NCBI GenBank assembly: GCA_964019425.1
Contig: OZ025801.1
Location: forward strand, 248,001-312,000
DNA from: Flectonema sp. DT1601
Lineage: Eukaryota
Direction of reading: 5' to 3'
DNA length: 64,000 nucleotides
Shown here: positions 23,579-34,742 of the stretch, one piece after another
Layout: each line of letters begins with the position of its first letter
How positions within the stretch are numbered: position 1 is the stretch's first letter
Program-made: the position numbers and the translations under genes
The notes under the pieces: generated by a model
Told to the model about the DNA's origin: nothing
The model's input: only the letters and a program-made list of their open reading frames with translations
Database searches by the model: none

Positions 23579-24262
23579 ATGGTTTTGTATGTCTCCAGCT
23601 GCCCAGCTGTTCTCCCACTTGATATTTGGAGGACTGTTCTGGGCCATTGTGATCAGAATATGATTAACAATGTTATGAAAACAAATAAATCAATGTTGGA
23701 GCTCTGTTCTGAAGACCAACTGTGGAACAAACTCGCCATCGCAACATTTAAAGTAAAACCAAGAATTGGAAAAGGAAAAGAGTTGTTCAGGTATTTTAAG
23801 GACAGTACACCTGTTATGATTCCTGTCACATTAAAATACACAGATGCTTCAGATTGGGGAATGACGTTCAGATGTGAGCTTATGCTCAAACCAGAAGGAG
23901 TGTTCTGTACTGCGACAGGTGTCGTCCGTGCCAATGTCACTGTCTCTCATCCTGAGCGATTCTTACTGACAGAAGTGAGGGCTAAGGGTGCTGGTTGGGG
24001 GTTTAGCTCGCCGTTAAAAAAGTTTTCAGTATCTGCCACAGCGAATTCAATGGAACAGTCTGGTCCAGATGCTACGAACACTACTCACATGGAGCCATAC
24101 ACCCTTGACGATCCAACTAAGGAACAGACTTTTAAATTAAGCAAACCTCTCGTTGCGAAAGACGTCCTCATCAAACTCATCGAAGGAGCTAAAAAAGATG
24201 AAAACATCGATACGGAGTATGTCTTTATTTATGGACACAAGATTCCTCATAACTTGGTTTGA
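23579..24262 (+). CDS. F-box-like domain protein
   Basis: The N-terminal LPLDIWRTVLGHCD...TNKSMLELCSEDQLW fits an F-box pattern. The ORF is 227 aa with coding-like composition. Confidence 0.72.
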   Translation: MVLYVSSCPAVLPLDIWRTVLGHCDQNMINNVMKTNKSMLELCSEDQLWNKLAIATFKVKPRIGKGKELFRYFKDSTPVMIPVTLKYTDASDWGMTFRCELMLKPEGVFCTATGVVRANVTVSHPERFLLTEVRAKGAGWGFSSPLKKFSVSATANSMEQSGPDATNTTHMEPYTLDDPTKEQTFKLSKPLVAKDVLIKLIEGAKKDENIDTEYVFIYGHKIPHNLV

Positions 24263-24783
24263 ATATATCTGAAGGCATCACAAGGTGATTCTAAAACATA
24301 TTTATTTTTTCATTTTCATTTTCATTCTCATTTTTTTTATTTTATTTTTATTTTATTAGAACAATATCCGTCACAAGCATCACTCGTTTGATGCGGTACT
24401 TTAATTGCTTTTACGCACAGGTAGGATACATATTTGGAAAAAAAAAATAGCAAAAAAAACGTTTTTCCCTTGTTTTTTTTTTTATATAATTATGTTATTA
24501 GCAACTGTGACTGTTGTTGGGTTGTTGGACGTGGTCTCCCACTGAGTTTTTCGAATCCCCCTCTTTTTGATTTGAAAAAAAAAAAAATTAATAATAATAA
24601 TCTTTCTCTCTGTCTCTCTTTAATATATAAAAAAACAAAAAATAAAAAACTTAAGGTAACGTACGCAAACTGGTTGGAAATAGTGTGTGTTTTCCCTACT
24701 TCCTCTCTTTTAATAATTTATTGTTATGTTGTCGTGGCGAACAAAAAAAAAAAAAAAAAATAGCAATATTTCCTCTCTCTCTC

Positions 24784-25219
24784 CCCTTTGCCTGCCTCTT
24801 GGTGGTCATTTGCTTCAAGTCTACGTCTCTTCCCACCAGTGAGAGTCTTATGGATAAGTGGTACTAATTAATATGTTTTTTTTTCTTTTTTTCTTTTTCT
24901 CTTCCTCCTCATTGCTTGGTAATCTTGTTTAAAAAAAACTTTTTCAGTTTTCTTTTTTTTTGAAAAAGATTACCAAGGCAACAAAAAAAAAAAAAACTTT
25001 TTTCTTTTCCCTTTTGATTAATTCCCTCTTTTTTTTAAAGTCCCCTTTCTCTTGCTTCGAGTGTCACCAGCTTTGAAGAAAATTGAAAGAAAAGAAAAGA
25101 AAAAAAAAAAATAATAATGTTTACCCACTTTTTTTTTAAAATTATTCCCTTTGCCTGCCTCTTGGTGGTCATTTTGCTTCAAGTCTACGTCTCTTCCCAC
25201 CAGTGAGAGTCTTATGGAT
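24784..25219 (+). repeat. Two copies of a ~70-bp element (24784-24854 and 25148-25219)
   Basis: ccttgcctgcctcttggtggtcattt(t)gcttcaagtctacgtctcttcccaccagtgagagtcttatggat occurs twice, near-identically. Confidence 0.85.
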
Positions 25220-25869
25220 GTTTGCGTCTAATTTTTTTTTCCCTTTTAAAAACCCCCTCTTCCCTGAGTTAATGCCTCTAATAAAATAAAATATTTCTAA
25301 AAAAAACTAAATCTACTGTGGTATCCTGCGTTAGCTGAGAAGACGACAGACCATGATACTGCCATAATGCCTTACTTAGCATAAGGTACAAGAATGTGAT
25401 CTTCCTATTTTGTGTCTTAACAAAAAAAGAAAAAAAAATAACTAACTTTCTTTTTTTGTTGTATTATATGCATGTAAAAAGTATTTCTCTCCCCCCCCTT
25501 TTTTTTTCCCCCTATTCTTAACGATTATATTATTCCCCTCTTTACACATTGTTCCATAGTCAGTCTCGCTGCAAACAACCTGTTTGTGCGTCTTTCAAAC
25601 GATTTTGTCCTTTTTTTTTTTAAAATTACTCTTTTGTTAAATAAAAAAGCTCAAACAAAAAAAAAAAAAAAAAATGCAACAGCAAAAAAAAAAAAAAAAA
25701 AATCGACAGGTTTTTTAGCCAGTATTCTGCACATCTTGCAGTCTTTTAGACGAAAAATATCTTTTTTTGTTTTTGTTTTTGTTTTGTTTTCTTTTTGTAA
25801 TGTTTTTACTGTGCATGTATGGCTGCAACAATGCCATCTCTCGTGTGTATAAACGTGTTGAGTCTTCTT

Positions 25870-26041
25870 GTTGAGAATAGGTATTCGTTTTACCTGACGT
25901 AACTCCTTTTATGGTTCCAGCTATCCTAGGGAAACTTCGGAGTGAACCAGCTACTAGATTGGTTCGATGGGTCTTTCGGCTTTGACGAGTGATTTGCACG
26001 TCAAGCACTGTAACGGACCTCCTTGAGTTTCCCACGGCTTA
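25870..26041 (-). pseudogene. Decayed LSU (28S-type) rRNA gene fragment with internal deletions
   Basis: The + strand reads gttgagaataggt/attcgttttacc...gctatcctagggaaacttcggagtgaaccagctactagattggttcgatgggtctttcg..tttgacgagtgatttgcacgtca...gagtttccc..ggctt. This is the reverse complement of the conserved LSU core around the LR5 primer site (TCCTGAGGGAAACTTCG). Confidence 0.88.
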
Positions 26042-27799
26042 CAAGATGGCTGCAGCTATCTAGAGAGGGTTTTCGTTGGGTCAAAGCGATAGAGTTGTTT
26101 GGAAACATTGTATCGTAGCGTTTTCAGTTTCGCGCGAGAAATTTCCCTCCTCTGCCTCCCCTGTTGAAGGTATTCTGCAAAATCTTTTCTTCCAGGTGAG
26201 GGAAAGGAATGAGGAAGGTGGATTCCTTTTCTTATTGGGTCACGTTTTTTTTCCTGTGTTTTTTTTAAATTTTTTTTTTTTTAAAGGTGTTTTATTTTTT
26301 TTTTATTTTTTTTTTTATTTTCTAAGAAATCGGTAGCCCACAACTCATCCCTACTGACAGTTACTATGTTTGCTGATTGTGCGCCCAAACCAATTCTTTT
26401 CAAAGCACCTTTCTCGATCGAAATGTCTAGCCGTCAGGTATTGGAAAAAGAAGTGGAAAGGAAAACCTTTCTTCGATTCCGTTTCCTGTCTATTCTCTTC
26501 TTCTTTTTTTTTATATTTTTTTTTTTATAGTTATTGTTTTGTATGTTTCTTTTTACAACAAGGTACTCGCTTTCAATGTGTCGCACAGCTTGGTCTCATC
26601 CACGTGATGTGCCGATTTTGCGTCCAATCAACGGGGACTTCTTCGATCGGAAATTTCTTGCCGTCAGTTTTTTGAGGAGCTTCAATTCTCGCTTTCATCG
26701 ATTTTTTTTTTTTTTTTTTTTTGTTTTTTAATATTCATTTGCTTCAGCCTAGATGCAATTAGAAAAAAAAAAAAATACACGCACTTATCAAGCAACCTTT
26801 TCTCTTTCCATTACCTGGAACGGAATATCATTTAAATATTTTCTTATAGAAATCCATTTTTGTTGTGGAATTCATTCTCTTTTATCTACTGTCAGGTTTT
26901 GTCTTGTTCTTTCTTGATTGCTTTGTGAAAAGGTTTAGTACGCTTGTGGTTTGTTACAAGTGGAAAAAAAAAAAAAAAAAAAAAAAAAAAAGGAATACTA
27001 CCTTTTTGAGCAACTGCTTTGTTGTGTCGAGGCGTTGATTTGTTTTTCTAAGTAGAGTATAAAATACGAAAGGAGGGAGTTATTATCAACCTCGGTGAAA
27101 TTTGCGATTAATATTTATTTATCTAATGTTTTGGTAGTTCTTCTTATCCTTAGGAACGAAACAAAAAAGATTCTCGTAAAAAAACAAAAACAAAAACAAA
27201 AACAAAAAAACTATTTATATATTCGATCGACTTAGTTGCACCACTGGGTGCTTTTTTCAATAATATTATTATTTTATTTTATTTTATACACGATATTGTT
27301 TTTTTTTGTTCCTCTATTTCCCTTGTTCTACTTCTCTTAGGTTTTTACAGCTACTGCTGCTTTGAAAAAATAATAACCAAAACACCTAACAAATGTTGTT
27401 TGGATCCTCTTTTTGATGTGAGGTACTTCCCAAGAACATCGTTAGATTCCCCTTTTATGGTTGTTGTCAATCAATCCTACTTCCTCTCTTAGTTTGCTAA
27501 TTAAGTCAATATATTATTATTCGGATTTATCGTTTTTTTTTTTTCTTTCTTTCTTTTGTTGGGTAGTCTGTTGTATCTTCTGATTATGTTATAGTCCTTC
27601 CTTAAACTAACTTGTTTTGCTCAAAGTCCTTCACCTCAATAAATAAGAAGATGATCTGCTACGACATACTTGTCAGCAGTCACAATCACATGTTCATTGT
27701 CTTTGTTATGGTGACGACCAATAGTCAATAGTGGTAGTTTGGGTTTTTTTTACACTTTTTTTTCCTTTCCTTTTTTTTTTTTTTTTGTTAATTCTCCTT

Positions 27800-27888
27800 C
27801 ACACAGCCCGTTGCTACCGATTGGCTGTGGGATAGATTTGAGAGGAGAGAGCTCTCTGCGGGCAACCGCTTGAAGAAGATGGGAAACC
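27800..27888 (+). pseudogene. Decayed SSU rRNA 3' (helix 44) fragment
   Basis: cacacagcccgttgctaccgattggctgtgggataga resembles SSU CACACCGCCCGTCGTTGCTACCGAT..., in the euglenozoan-type wording. Confidence 0.6.
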
Positions 27889-28341
27889 TTTTTAACTTGC
27901 GTCGTGATGAGGATCGATGATTGCAATTATCCTCTTTGAATGAGGAAATAGACAGCAGTACTACTGTGCTTTGGTTTCTGTTTAACAATTACTATTTCTG
28001 ATGCCGCGATGTTCTACTCTGATCTCCTGGTTTTCTTTATTTAGTTTAAATATTCCCCCCTCTTGCCTTTCGCCTCTTGTTATTCATTTCCCTTTTCTTT
28101 TTTTTTTTCCACTGTTTCGTTCTTTTAGTACCTTAAGTCAAGTCAGGCGTATTTTATTGCTGCTCCTAAAGAGGTAGTTCTACAAGGTCTCCTGTGTTAT
28201 CTTTTCTTTAAGATAGTTTACACGGCATTGTGCTGTTTTTTTTTTTTTTTTTTTTTTTTTGTTGTTGTACCTACAAACCCATTGTTCGGTAGAAAGAGAA
28301 TTTCGGGCAGCGTAACTAACTTTTTCCTTTATTAGAATTTT

Positions 28342-28410
28342 GCAACGGTTGCGCACAAACAGAACAAAAGTGTGAGTAAAAAAGTAAAAGTGATGTTTGC
28401 CGATTCTTTT
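28342..28410 (+). repeat. Short dispersed repeat; other copies at ~31511-31575, ~41546-41586 and ~49224-49280
   Basis: Shared motif ggttgcgcacaaac..aacaaa(a)gtgtgag...agtga..tgccgattctttt. Confidence 0.7.
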
Positions 28411-28994
28411 TTTTTTTTTTTGTCTTGTGGAATATTAGCCTTAACATGGCAGAGTTCTCGTTTGAAATATATTTTTGTTGAATCTCATGCTGAGTTCTGT
28501 TTGGGTTGTGCCGTTGCTGATTTCAATTGTTTTTTTTTCTTTTTCTTCCCCTCACCTCCTTTTTACTGGACTTCGTAATCTAATAAATTATACAAAACAA
28601 CACATTTTATATAAAAAGAGGAAACACATAATAATTGGTAGCACGAAGTAGTCATCCTGTCTAATAGGATTGATTACAAGGCCAGGTCGGTCTTTTATTT
28701 TTTGTTCTCTTGCCTTATTTTTCTATTACCCCCCACCGCCTTCGCCTTTTACCCTAGTTCTATTCTTTCTAAGGACACGGATAGATACCTGACTTTTAGA
28801 ATGGTGTTTCAGATTAGAAGAAATTATTATCAAGTAGTTCACAGGCACACTTCATAAATATGTATATTGTGATTGGTGGAGGTTGGTACTCGTTAATCTT
28901 TTCTATAAAGGTTTGGTGATTGTAACTACATGTATTTCTTAATTCCTTAACAATAAGTCTCGGTAGTTTTAAAAAAAAAAAAAAAAAAAAAACA

Positions 28995-29447
28995 ATGGTC
29001 AACGTTCATGAAATACTGACATACGATGGCTCTGCCACTGATATAATCCTAAACTACATAGCATTGGTCGTGACCCTGTTTCCGTTTTTATTTTTTCTGT
29101 TAAAGGGAGGAAGTGGTAAAATATTGATATGGTGGGGAACGGTGTTTATATTTTTATGGGCATTTCAAATTGGACTCTGCCTAGCTGAAGGCTGTACTGG
29201 AATCTCTATTGTGTGGAACGCTGTTATTGGACATGGAGTTGTGGATCACATGCGAGAAACTGTTTTTAATTTTAGAGTTCTTCTATTTTCTGGAATATTC
29301 GCAGCTGTAATCGATGCGTACTACCTCTTCTCGACTGATTTAATTACCACAGCAGCTCATGCTTGTGCCCTCTTACTGGGATCTCTTCTGAGTGGACTCT
29401 GGTGGTATTGTGGAAAGAATAGACGAGGATACTCAGCTATTCAATAA
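28995..29447 (+). CDS. Small multi-pass membrane protein of unknown function
   Basis: 150-aa ORF with ATG after an A-run, about four hydrophobic segments, and a C-terminal RRGYSAI (YxxPhi-like) motif. Confidence 0.75.
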   Translation: MVNVHEILTYDGSATDIILNYIALVVTLFPFLFFLLKGGSGKILIWWGTVFIFLWAFQIGLCLAEGCTGISIVWNAVIGHGVVDHMRETVFNFRVLLFSGIFAAVIDAYYLFSTDLITTAAHACALLLGSLLSGLWWYCGKNRRGYSAIQ

Positions 29448-30098
29448 TCAAAACAATATTATCAAGGAGAAGTATTTAGGGAGCGTGTGTGCGCCTTTCA
29501 GCACTCGTAAGAGCGAGCCAATAGCAGGTCTGTGGACTCTCTTAAAGTAGTCTCTAGACGAGGATGCTCAGTCATTTAATAAGCTAAACAATATCATCAA
29601 AGAGAGTTGTTTGTTTTATTGCTGTTACGAGAAACTGTTTTTTTTTCTTTTTTTTTTTTTTTCTTTTTTTTTTCTTTTCTCCATTTTAAAAAAATTGGCT
29701 TGATCTTAAAAAACTACGCAGAAAATGGTATAACATGTTGTTGATGTTCGCAGCTTCAACAAATTTAATACAGCAGCTCATGCTTGTGGTCTGTAGTAGT
29801 TATTTTTGATTGTTAGTCTTCAATAGGAATATTATTGATAAGGACACTTTGTATTAATGTATGTAGCGTCTCTTATAAAATAAAAATGTTTATTGTTTTG
29901 TGTAGTTCATCGAAATCTTTATTGATTCGATTTAACTTATATTTTTTTTTTTTTTAATTATCTGCGTCAAACCGTCTCAATTATCAAAAAATCTTTTTGT
30001 CTTTGGGATGAGTAGATGTAAAGAAACCTTCCTCCTTTCTGTTGGATATATTTTTTTTTCCCTTTTTTTTTTTTTTTTTTTTTTTTCTCTTCTAAGGA

Positions 30099-30243
30099 TC
30101 TAAGGATGGCAGCAAGCGCGCAAATTGCCCAATAGCAACAAATTTAGCTGAGGCAGCGAAGAGGAATAGTAACTTGTCAATCGTTACTTTACTACAATAG
30201 GCAATTGTTGGAGTTAATTTAAAACTAAAGCAATTATTAACAA
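30099..30243 (+). pseudogene. Decayed SSU rRNA fragment, euglenozoan type
   Basis: tctaaggatggcagcaagcgcgcaaattgcccaat...gaggcagcgaagaggaatag matches SSU GGCAGCAGGCGCGCAAATTGCCCAAT...GAGGCAGCGA. The TTGCCC and GAGGCAGCG variants are those I recall from Euglenozoa. Confidence 0.85.
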
Positions 30244-30768
30244 AGAAAATTTGAAAAAAAAAAAAAAAAAAAGAAGGTATTGGCGAGTGGAATTGTTTTA
30301 GTTTGTTGTGGTACCTACGTAGAAAAAAAAAAAAGTTTTCAAATTATTGTTTTTGGATATCACTATCAGGAATGTTTAATACACATTGCATTGAACTTCC
30401 TTCTCTATCTATTTTATCTATTTATCTACCTACTGGAGTTTCTTCTACAGACAGAGTGACGTGAAACCAGTCGGTACAATGTGTTTGTTGTTATTCTTTC
30501 CTCTTCATTCTGTTTCTGCACGCGGTGGTTCTCGCAACTTTCTTCAAAAATTTAATTTCTGATAAACATCTAATCAGTTCTTTAGATATGAACACTATAC
30601 AAAGAAATTCGGAATAAAGTCCTCGGAACTTAATTAATGTTGAAGACCAAAAAAAAAGGGACGAGAAGAAATAATATTAAAAGGCTACGTTTTCCACCAT
30701 TAGTGTGATGTGAAACAGCAGAAAAAAGAAATTATTTAGTGTTTTCATTATCTTATTTTCTTAAATGC

Positions 30769-30801
<33 letters not shown>

Positions 30802-31123
30802 GATAAACCAATATTCTATCTATAACAAATTAACCGTGTTGATGTAGTCCCTTTTCTGAGAAGGGCAAACGCGATGAGTAGAACAGCCTGACACCGCTGT
30901 GTCCTCCTAGCATCTTCGCTGAAGAGGGCTGGGGGGTATTGGCCGGAAGATTACCTTCGATATTTTTTATTTTTTTGTGCTGACTCTTCGCTGATATTAA
31001 CTTAGCAAGTTTTAGTATTTTGTCGAGAAACAAAAAAAATTATTTTTCACTGGCTGCGTGCTTTGCAGTCGAAGTTGCATTGATCACGCATCCACATTTA
31101 AAAAAAAAAAAAAAAAAAAAAAA

Positions 31124-31154
<31 letters not shown>

Positions 31155-31370
31155 GTCGTTTAATTTACATGATGGTTCGTTCATGAGATACTTAACAAAA
31201 ATTAAAAAGAGATGTGCTGGTGCGTAGAATGATTTTAATTTTTTGTTTTTTCAGGTAGTCATCCATCACGGTGTATATGTTGTGAGTCGCGAAAAAGTTA
31301 TTTTTATCTTTTATTTATCTGTAAGTCTCATATTTAATAATTCTTCTCCAATTAGTAGGAAAGCTAAATA

Positions 31371-31467
31371 ATGGCAGCCATTCCCTCATTTGGGTTTGGT
31401 GCTGATGGTATCAACAGGATGTCATTTGCAACAAATGAGTTGGGAACTCAGCAATTTTTTCGTATGT

Positions 31468-31510
<43 letters not shown>

Positions 31511-32305
31511 GCGAACCGGTTGCGCACAAACAAAAACAAAGTGTGAGAATTATTTAGTGAGGTGCCGATTCTTTTTTTTTTTTTTAAAAAACTAATGAAA
31601 AAAAACCCCCCACCAACAGCAACATCAGACATTTCTTCAATGCCGAAAATAACTTTATCTCATAAAAGAGTAGTCGCATCGAATACTACTTTGGGAGTTG
31701 AGGGATCCATAAATGATGAGAGTTACTCTGCAGCAGGACGACTATTGATTGAAGTGCTTCCGGGTATTACCACTACAGCTACTGTTGAAAGACTCTTTCA
31801 GAGGGTTGGAGCCATACGAAACACACTTGATGCTGGTTGGAATGGAGAACTAAGAGCTCAAGCAGGTGTGTTGTCTTTAACTGCGAGTTTAAAAAAGACT
31901 GACAGCGGCGATAAAGATATCAGAGACGTTACATTCTCGGGAGATATTCAAAATAGATTTGGTACCTTCACTCCAAAAGTAAGTCTCATCTCAAGGGGTC
32001 ACAGTGGATGTGTAGAACGGAAACAGGGTCAAAAGGGTGTGCTTACCTTTACTACGAACCCAAATCTAACTAAATCCAAGGCGTCATTCTTCACTACATA
32101 CACTATGCGAAAATGGAATGAAGAAACTCCTTTTAGCTCTAGTGAGCTTGGTGTTCATCTCAATGTTGCTGGTGGAAAACTGACAGTCGCTGCCATTGAA
32201 GTCAACGAGTCTCAAAAAGCACTTTTAGAACGCTCGACTATTGCTTCAGTTTCTCATAATAATTCACAAATTGGGTTGAAATTTAATTTTTCAGCTGATT
32301 TTTAG
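31371..32305 (+). CDS. Putative mitochondrial outer-membrane beta-barrel (VDAC/porin-like), 2 exons, 258 aa
   Basis: Exon 1 (31371-31461, MAAIPSFGFGADGINRMSF...) joins exon 2 (31620-32305) through a phase-1 GTATGT...AACAG intron. The protein has alternating hydrophobic strands. The C-terminal QIGLKFNF fits the beta-signal Po-x-G-x-x-Hy-x-Hy. Confidence 0.6.
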
Positions 32306-32801
32306 AAAAATATTAAAAAAAAAAGAAAAATTAAAAAAAAAAAAATGGTTTGGCCAGTCTTAATCCTGACGGCCAACTTCCTCCTCCGACAGGTTGCAGT
32401 TGCAAAAGCAACTTCCTCGTCGAAGTGAGCTTGTTCACGGGGGGGGGAGGGTAATTGGAGTCCTGCCCGGAAAGTATAAGAAAAAGGTAGCAAACATCTG
32501 CTAGCAAAACCGACCGGAAATTTAAAAAAAAAAAAAAAAATACAAGACGCAAAAAAAAAAGAAGAAAAAAAAAAAAAAAAAACCGAAAGTAACCGAACCT
32601 GAAGGACCAACCTGCCTGTAGGTGTCCCCCCCCCTTTTTTTAGTCTGCATTCGTTTTTTTTTTTTGTTTTTTTTTGAGAGTAACAATTTTTTTGCTTTTA
32701 TTATATTACTTTTTATAGCATAGAGTAACAGCACTCGTAGATGCTTTGCTACCTACGTTGCCTTATAGAGTTATAAAGTCTTAAAGGTTGATGTTAAAAA
32801 G

Positions 32802-33168
32802 GTTGTATTTTAGAAAACTCAAGCACTCAATCTCCCCCATCAGAGACACCATACTGATGAGAGAGAATAGAGGTAAGAGGTATATGGATTACTCTCGAAA
32901 CCTAATAGTTACTTTAAAAGGCTAAGTTAAGCATCACCATAGTCACTGTATCCTTAACAGATGTTAAACTATCGTTATGTTAACGCGATACAAAACGGTT
33001 GTATTTTACAAATTCAAACATTCAATCCCCCCCATCAGAGACTTCCACCAATACTGATAATGAATGGAGGTAAAGAAGAGAACATGGGTTTATTCTCAAA
33101 AAAACCTATTTCTTAAGTTGTGATAGGATGCAGTTTTGTATTTTAGAAAACTAAAAACATTTCAATCT
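32802..33168 (+). repeat. Degenerate tandem element (first unit ~195 bp); related copy at ~48080-48255
   Basis: gttgtatttta.aaa..caa.ca.tcaatc.cccc.atcaga recurs three times. The ctgatgagagag...ctctcgaaac...gcatcacc..tagtcactgtatc block recurs at 48089-48177. Confidence 0.75.
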
Positions 33169-33495
33169 CCCCTATCAGAATGTATTAACATTATTAGTCA
33201 CTGTGTGTCATGTGTTTATTAATTTCATTATTTAGCTTTGATACAACACGAGAGATTTATAAAACAGTTTACCCCCCTATCAGAGTGTATTAACATTATT
33301 AGTCACTGTGTGTCATGTGTTTATTAATTTCGTTATTTAGCTTTGATACAACACGAGAGATTTATGAGACAGTTTACCCCCCTATCAGAGTGTATTAACA
33401 TTATTAGTCACTGTGTGTCATGTGTTTATTAATTTCGTTATTTAGCTTTGATACAACACGAGAGATTTATGAGACAGTTTACCCCCCTATCAGAG
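33169..33495 (+). repeat. 105-bp tandem repeat, 3 copies, directly upstream of the bL9m-like gene
   Basis: cctatcaga at 33171, 33276, 33381 and 33486, with near-identical intervening sequence. Confidence 0.93.
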
Positions 33496-33517
33496 GACGG
33501 TCCTTCTCTGTTATAAA

Positions 33518-34216
33518 ATGATAGTGTCTCGGATAGCACGAAGGTGTCATGGTTGGCAAGTTGGTTTCCCAAAAAAGGGTGTAATGGATACTTATCAAGA
33601 TGGTCACATGAGAAATCAAAACATGTGGAGGTGGAATGATAATTGGTGGAAGGATCAAGAAAGTCACATCACTGTACTTTATACAAAAGATGTCATGAGA
33701 GAAGGTTTTGCTGGTGAAGAAGCAACCCTACCGAGGATCCAAGCCGAAGAAGCTTTGGAAAGAGGGTTTGCTGTACTACCAAATGAAGAACTAATGCATG
33801 TCTTACCATGTTGGAATCCAGATACTCTTAACTACGACAGACTTATTGAAAGAACACCTCATTTCTTATCAGAAATAGCTCGAAAAAGACAATGGATTGA
33901 TACTTATTGGAGGATGCATGATTGTTATTTAGAGTCTTACAGAGTGACAACTGGTTTCGCTCTTCAAGTTCATAGTCCTCCGTCAAAGTTAGAACTCGCA
34001 AGAATCATCTGGCAACAGACACAGGTTAGAATCAATCCAGCTTGGATAACTTTTAGATATTCTCAACGTAGAGATGGTCTTACAGAGACAGGTCACTCAT
34101 GGTTTTGGATAATGTTACCAGGCGGTACAGACATCGAAGCACCTGATCTTATCTATCACAACGACAGAGTTAGAGTCCGAATTAGAATTCTGGGAGATAT
34201 CGCTGCCGCACACTAA
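33518..34216 (+). CDS. Putative mitochondrial ribosomal protein bL9m-like
   Basis: Arg-rich presequence-like start MIVSRIARR. ITVLYTKDVMREGFAGEEATLPRIQAEEALERGFAV resembles the L9 N-terminal domain (VIL.KDV..LG..G..V.V....A...L...G.A). Confidence 0.6.
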   Translation: MIVSRIARRCHGWQVGFPKKGVMDTYQDGHMRNQNMWRWNDNWWKDQESHITVLYTKDVMREGFAGEEATLPRIQAEEALERGFAVLPNEELMHVLPCWNPDTLNYDRLIERTPHFLSEIARKRQWIDTYWRMHDCYLESYRVTTGFALQVHSPPSKLELARIIWQQTQVRINPAWITFRYSQRRDGLTETGHSWFWIMLPGGTDIEAPDLIYHNDRVRVRIRILGDIAAAH

Positions 34217-34742
34217 AACATCTTTTTGGGACTTCTGATACTTCTTTCTTAGTTGAGTATTATAACATGTACTCATATAATGACATAGCCTTGACTCGTT
34301 TAAGAATCCTTTCTGAGAAGGTAAAAATACAATCGCAACCGTGAGGGTTTTTATAAAAATGTTAAAGGAAAAACAATGTGTTTGCCTTTGACAATTGAAG
34401 AAAGAAACAGGAAAAAAAAAAAAAAAAAAAAGTGTGAATTAAGGTTAGAATGAAAAAAGGAAAACTTTAAAAAAAAAAAATTACGAGTCAACGAAATTTT
34501 TAAATTGTGTCTTCTCAATTTATTATAATTATTATTGTTTGAGGGAAAAAAAAAAAAAAAAAAAATTCAAATATTTTCACCAGCATTGTATAGCCTTTAT
34601 GAAGACCACAGACATATCCGTCTGCAGTAGCAACCTATTTTGATCTATTCTCGTGGAGTTAAGTTAACGAGGTAAATACTTCAACCAGTCCAGCATCCAC
34701 ATAACATGTTATATTAAACGGCTCTTAATCTGAGTATCAACT

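Noticed and set aside
27904..28022. Possible C/D-box snoRNA (gtgatga...ctga)
   Set aside because: Box-like words are present, but I found no terminal stem or recognisable rRNA antisense element. Such words are expected by chance.
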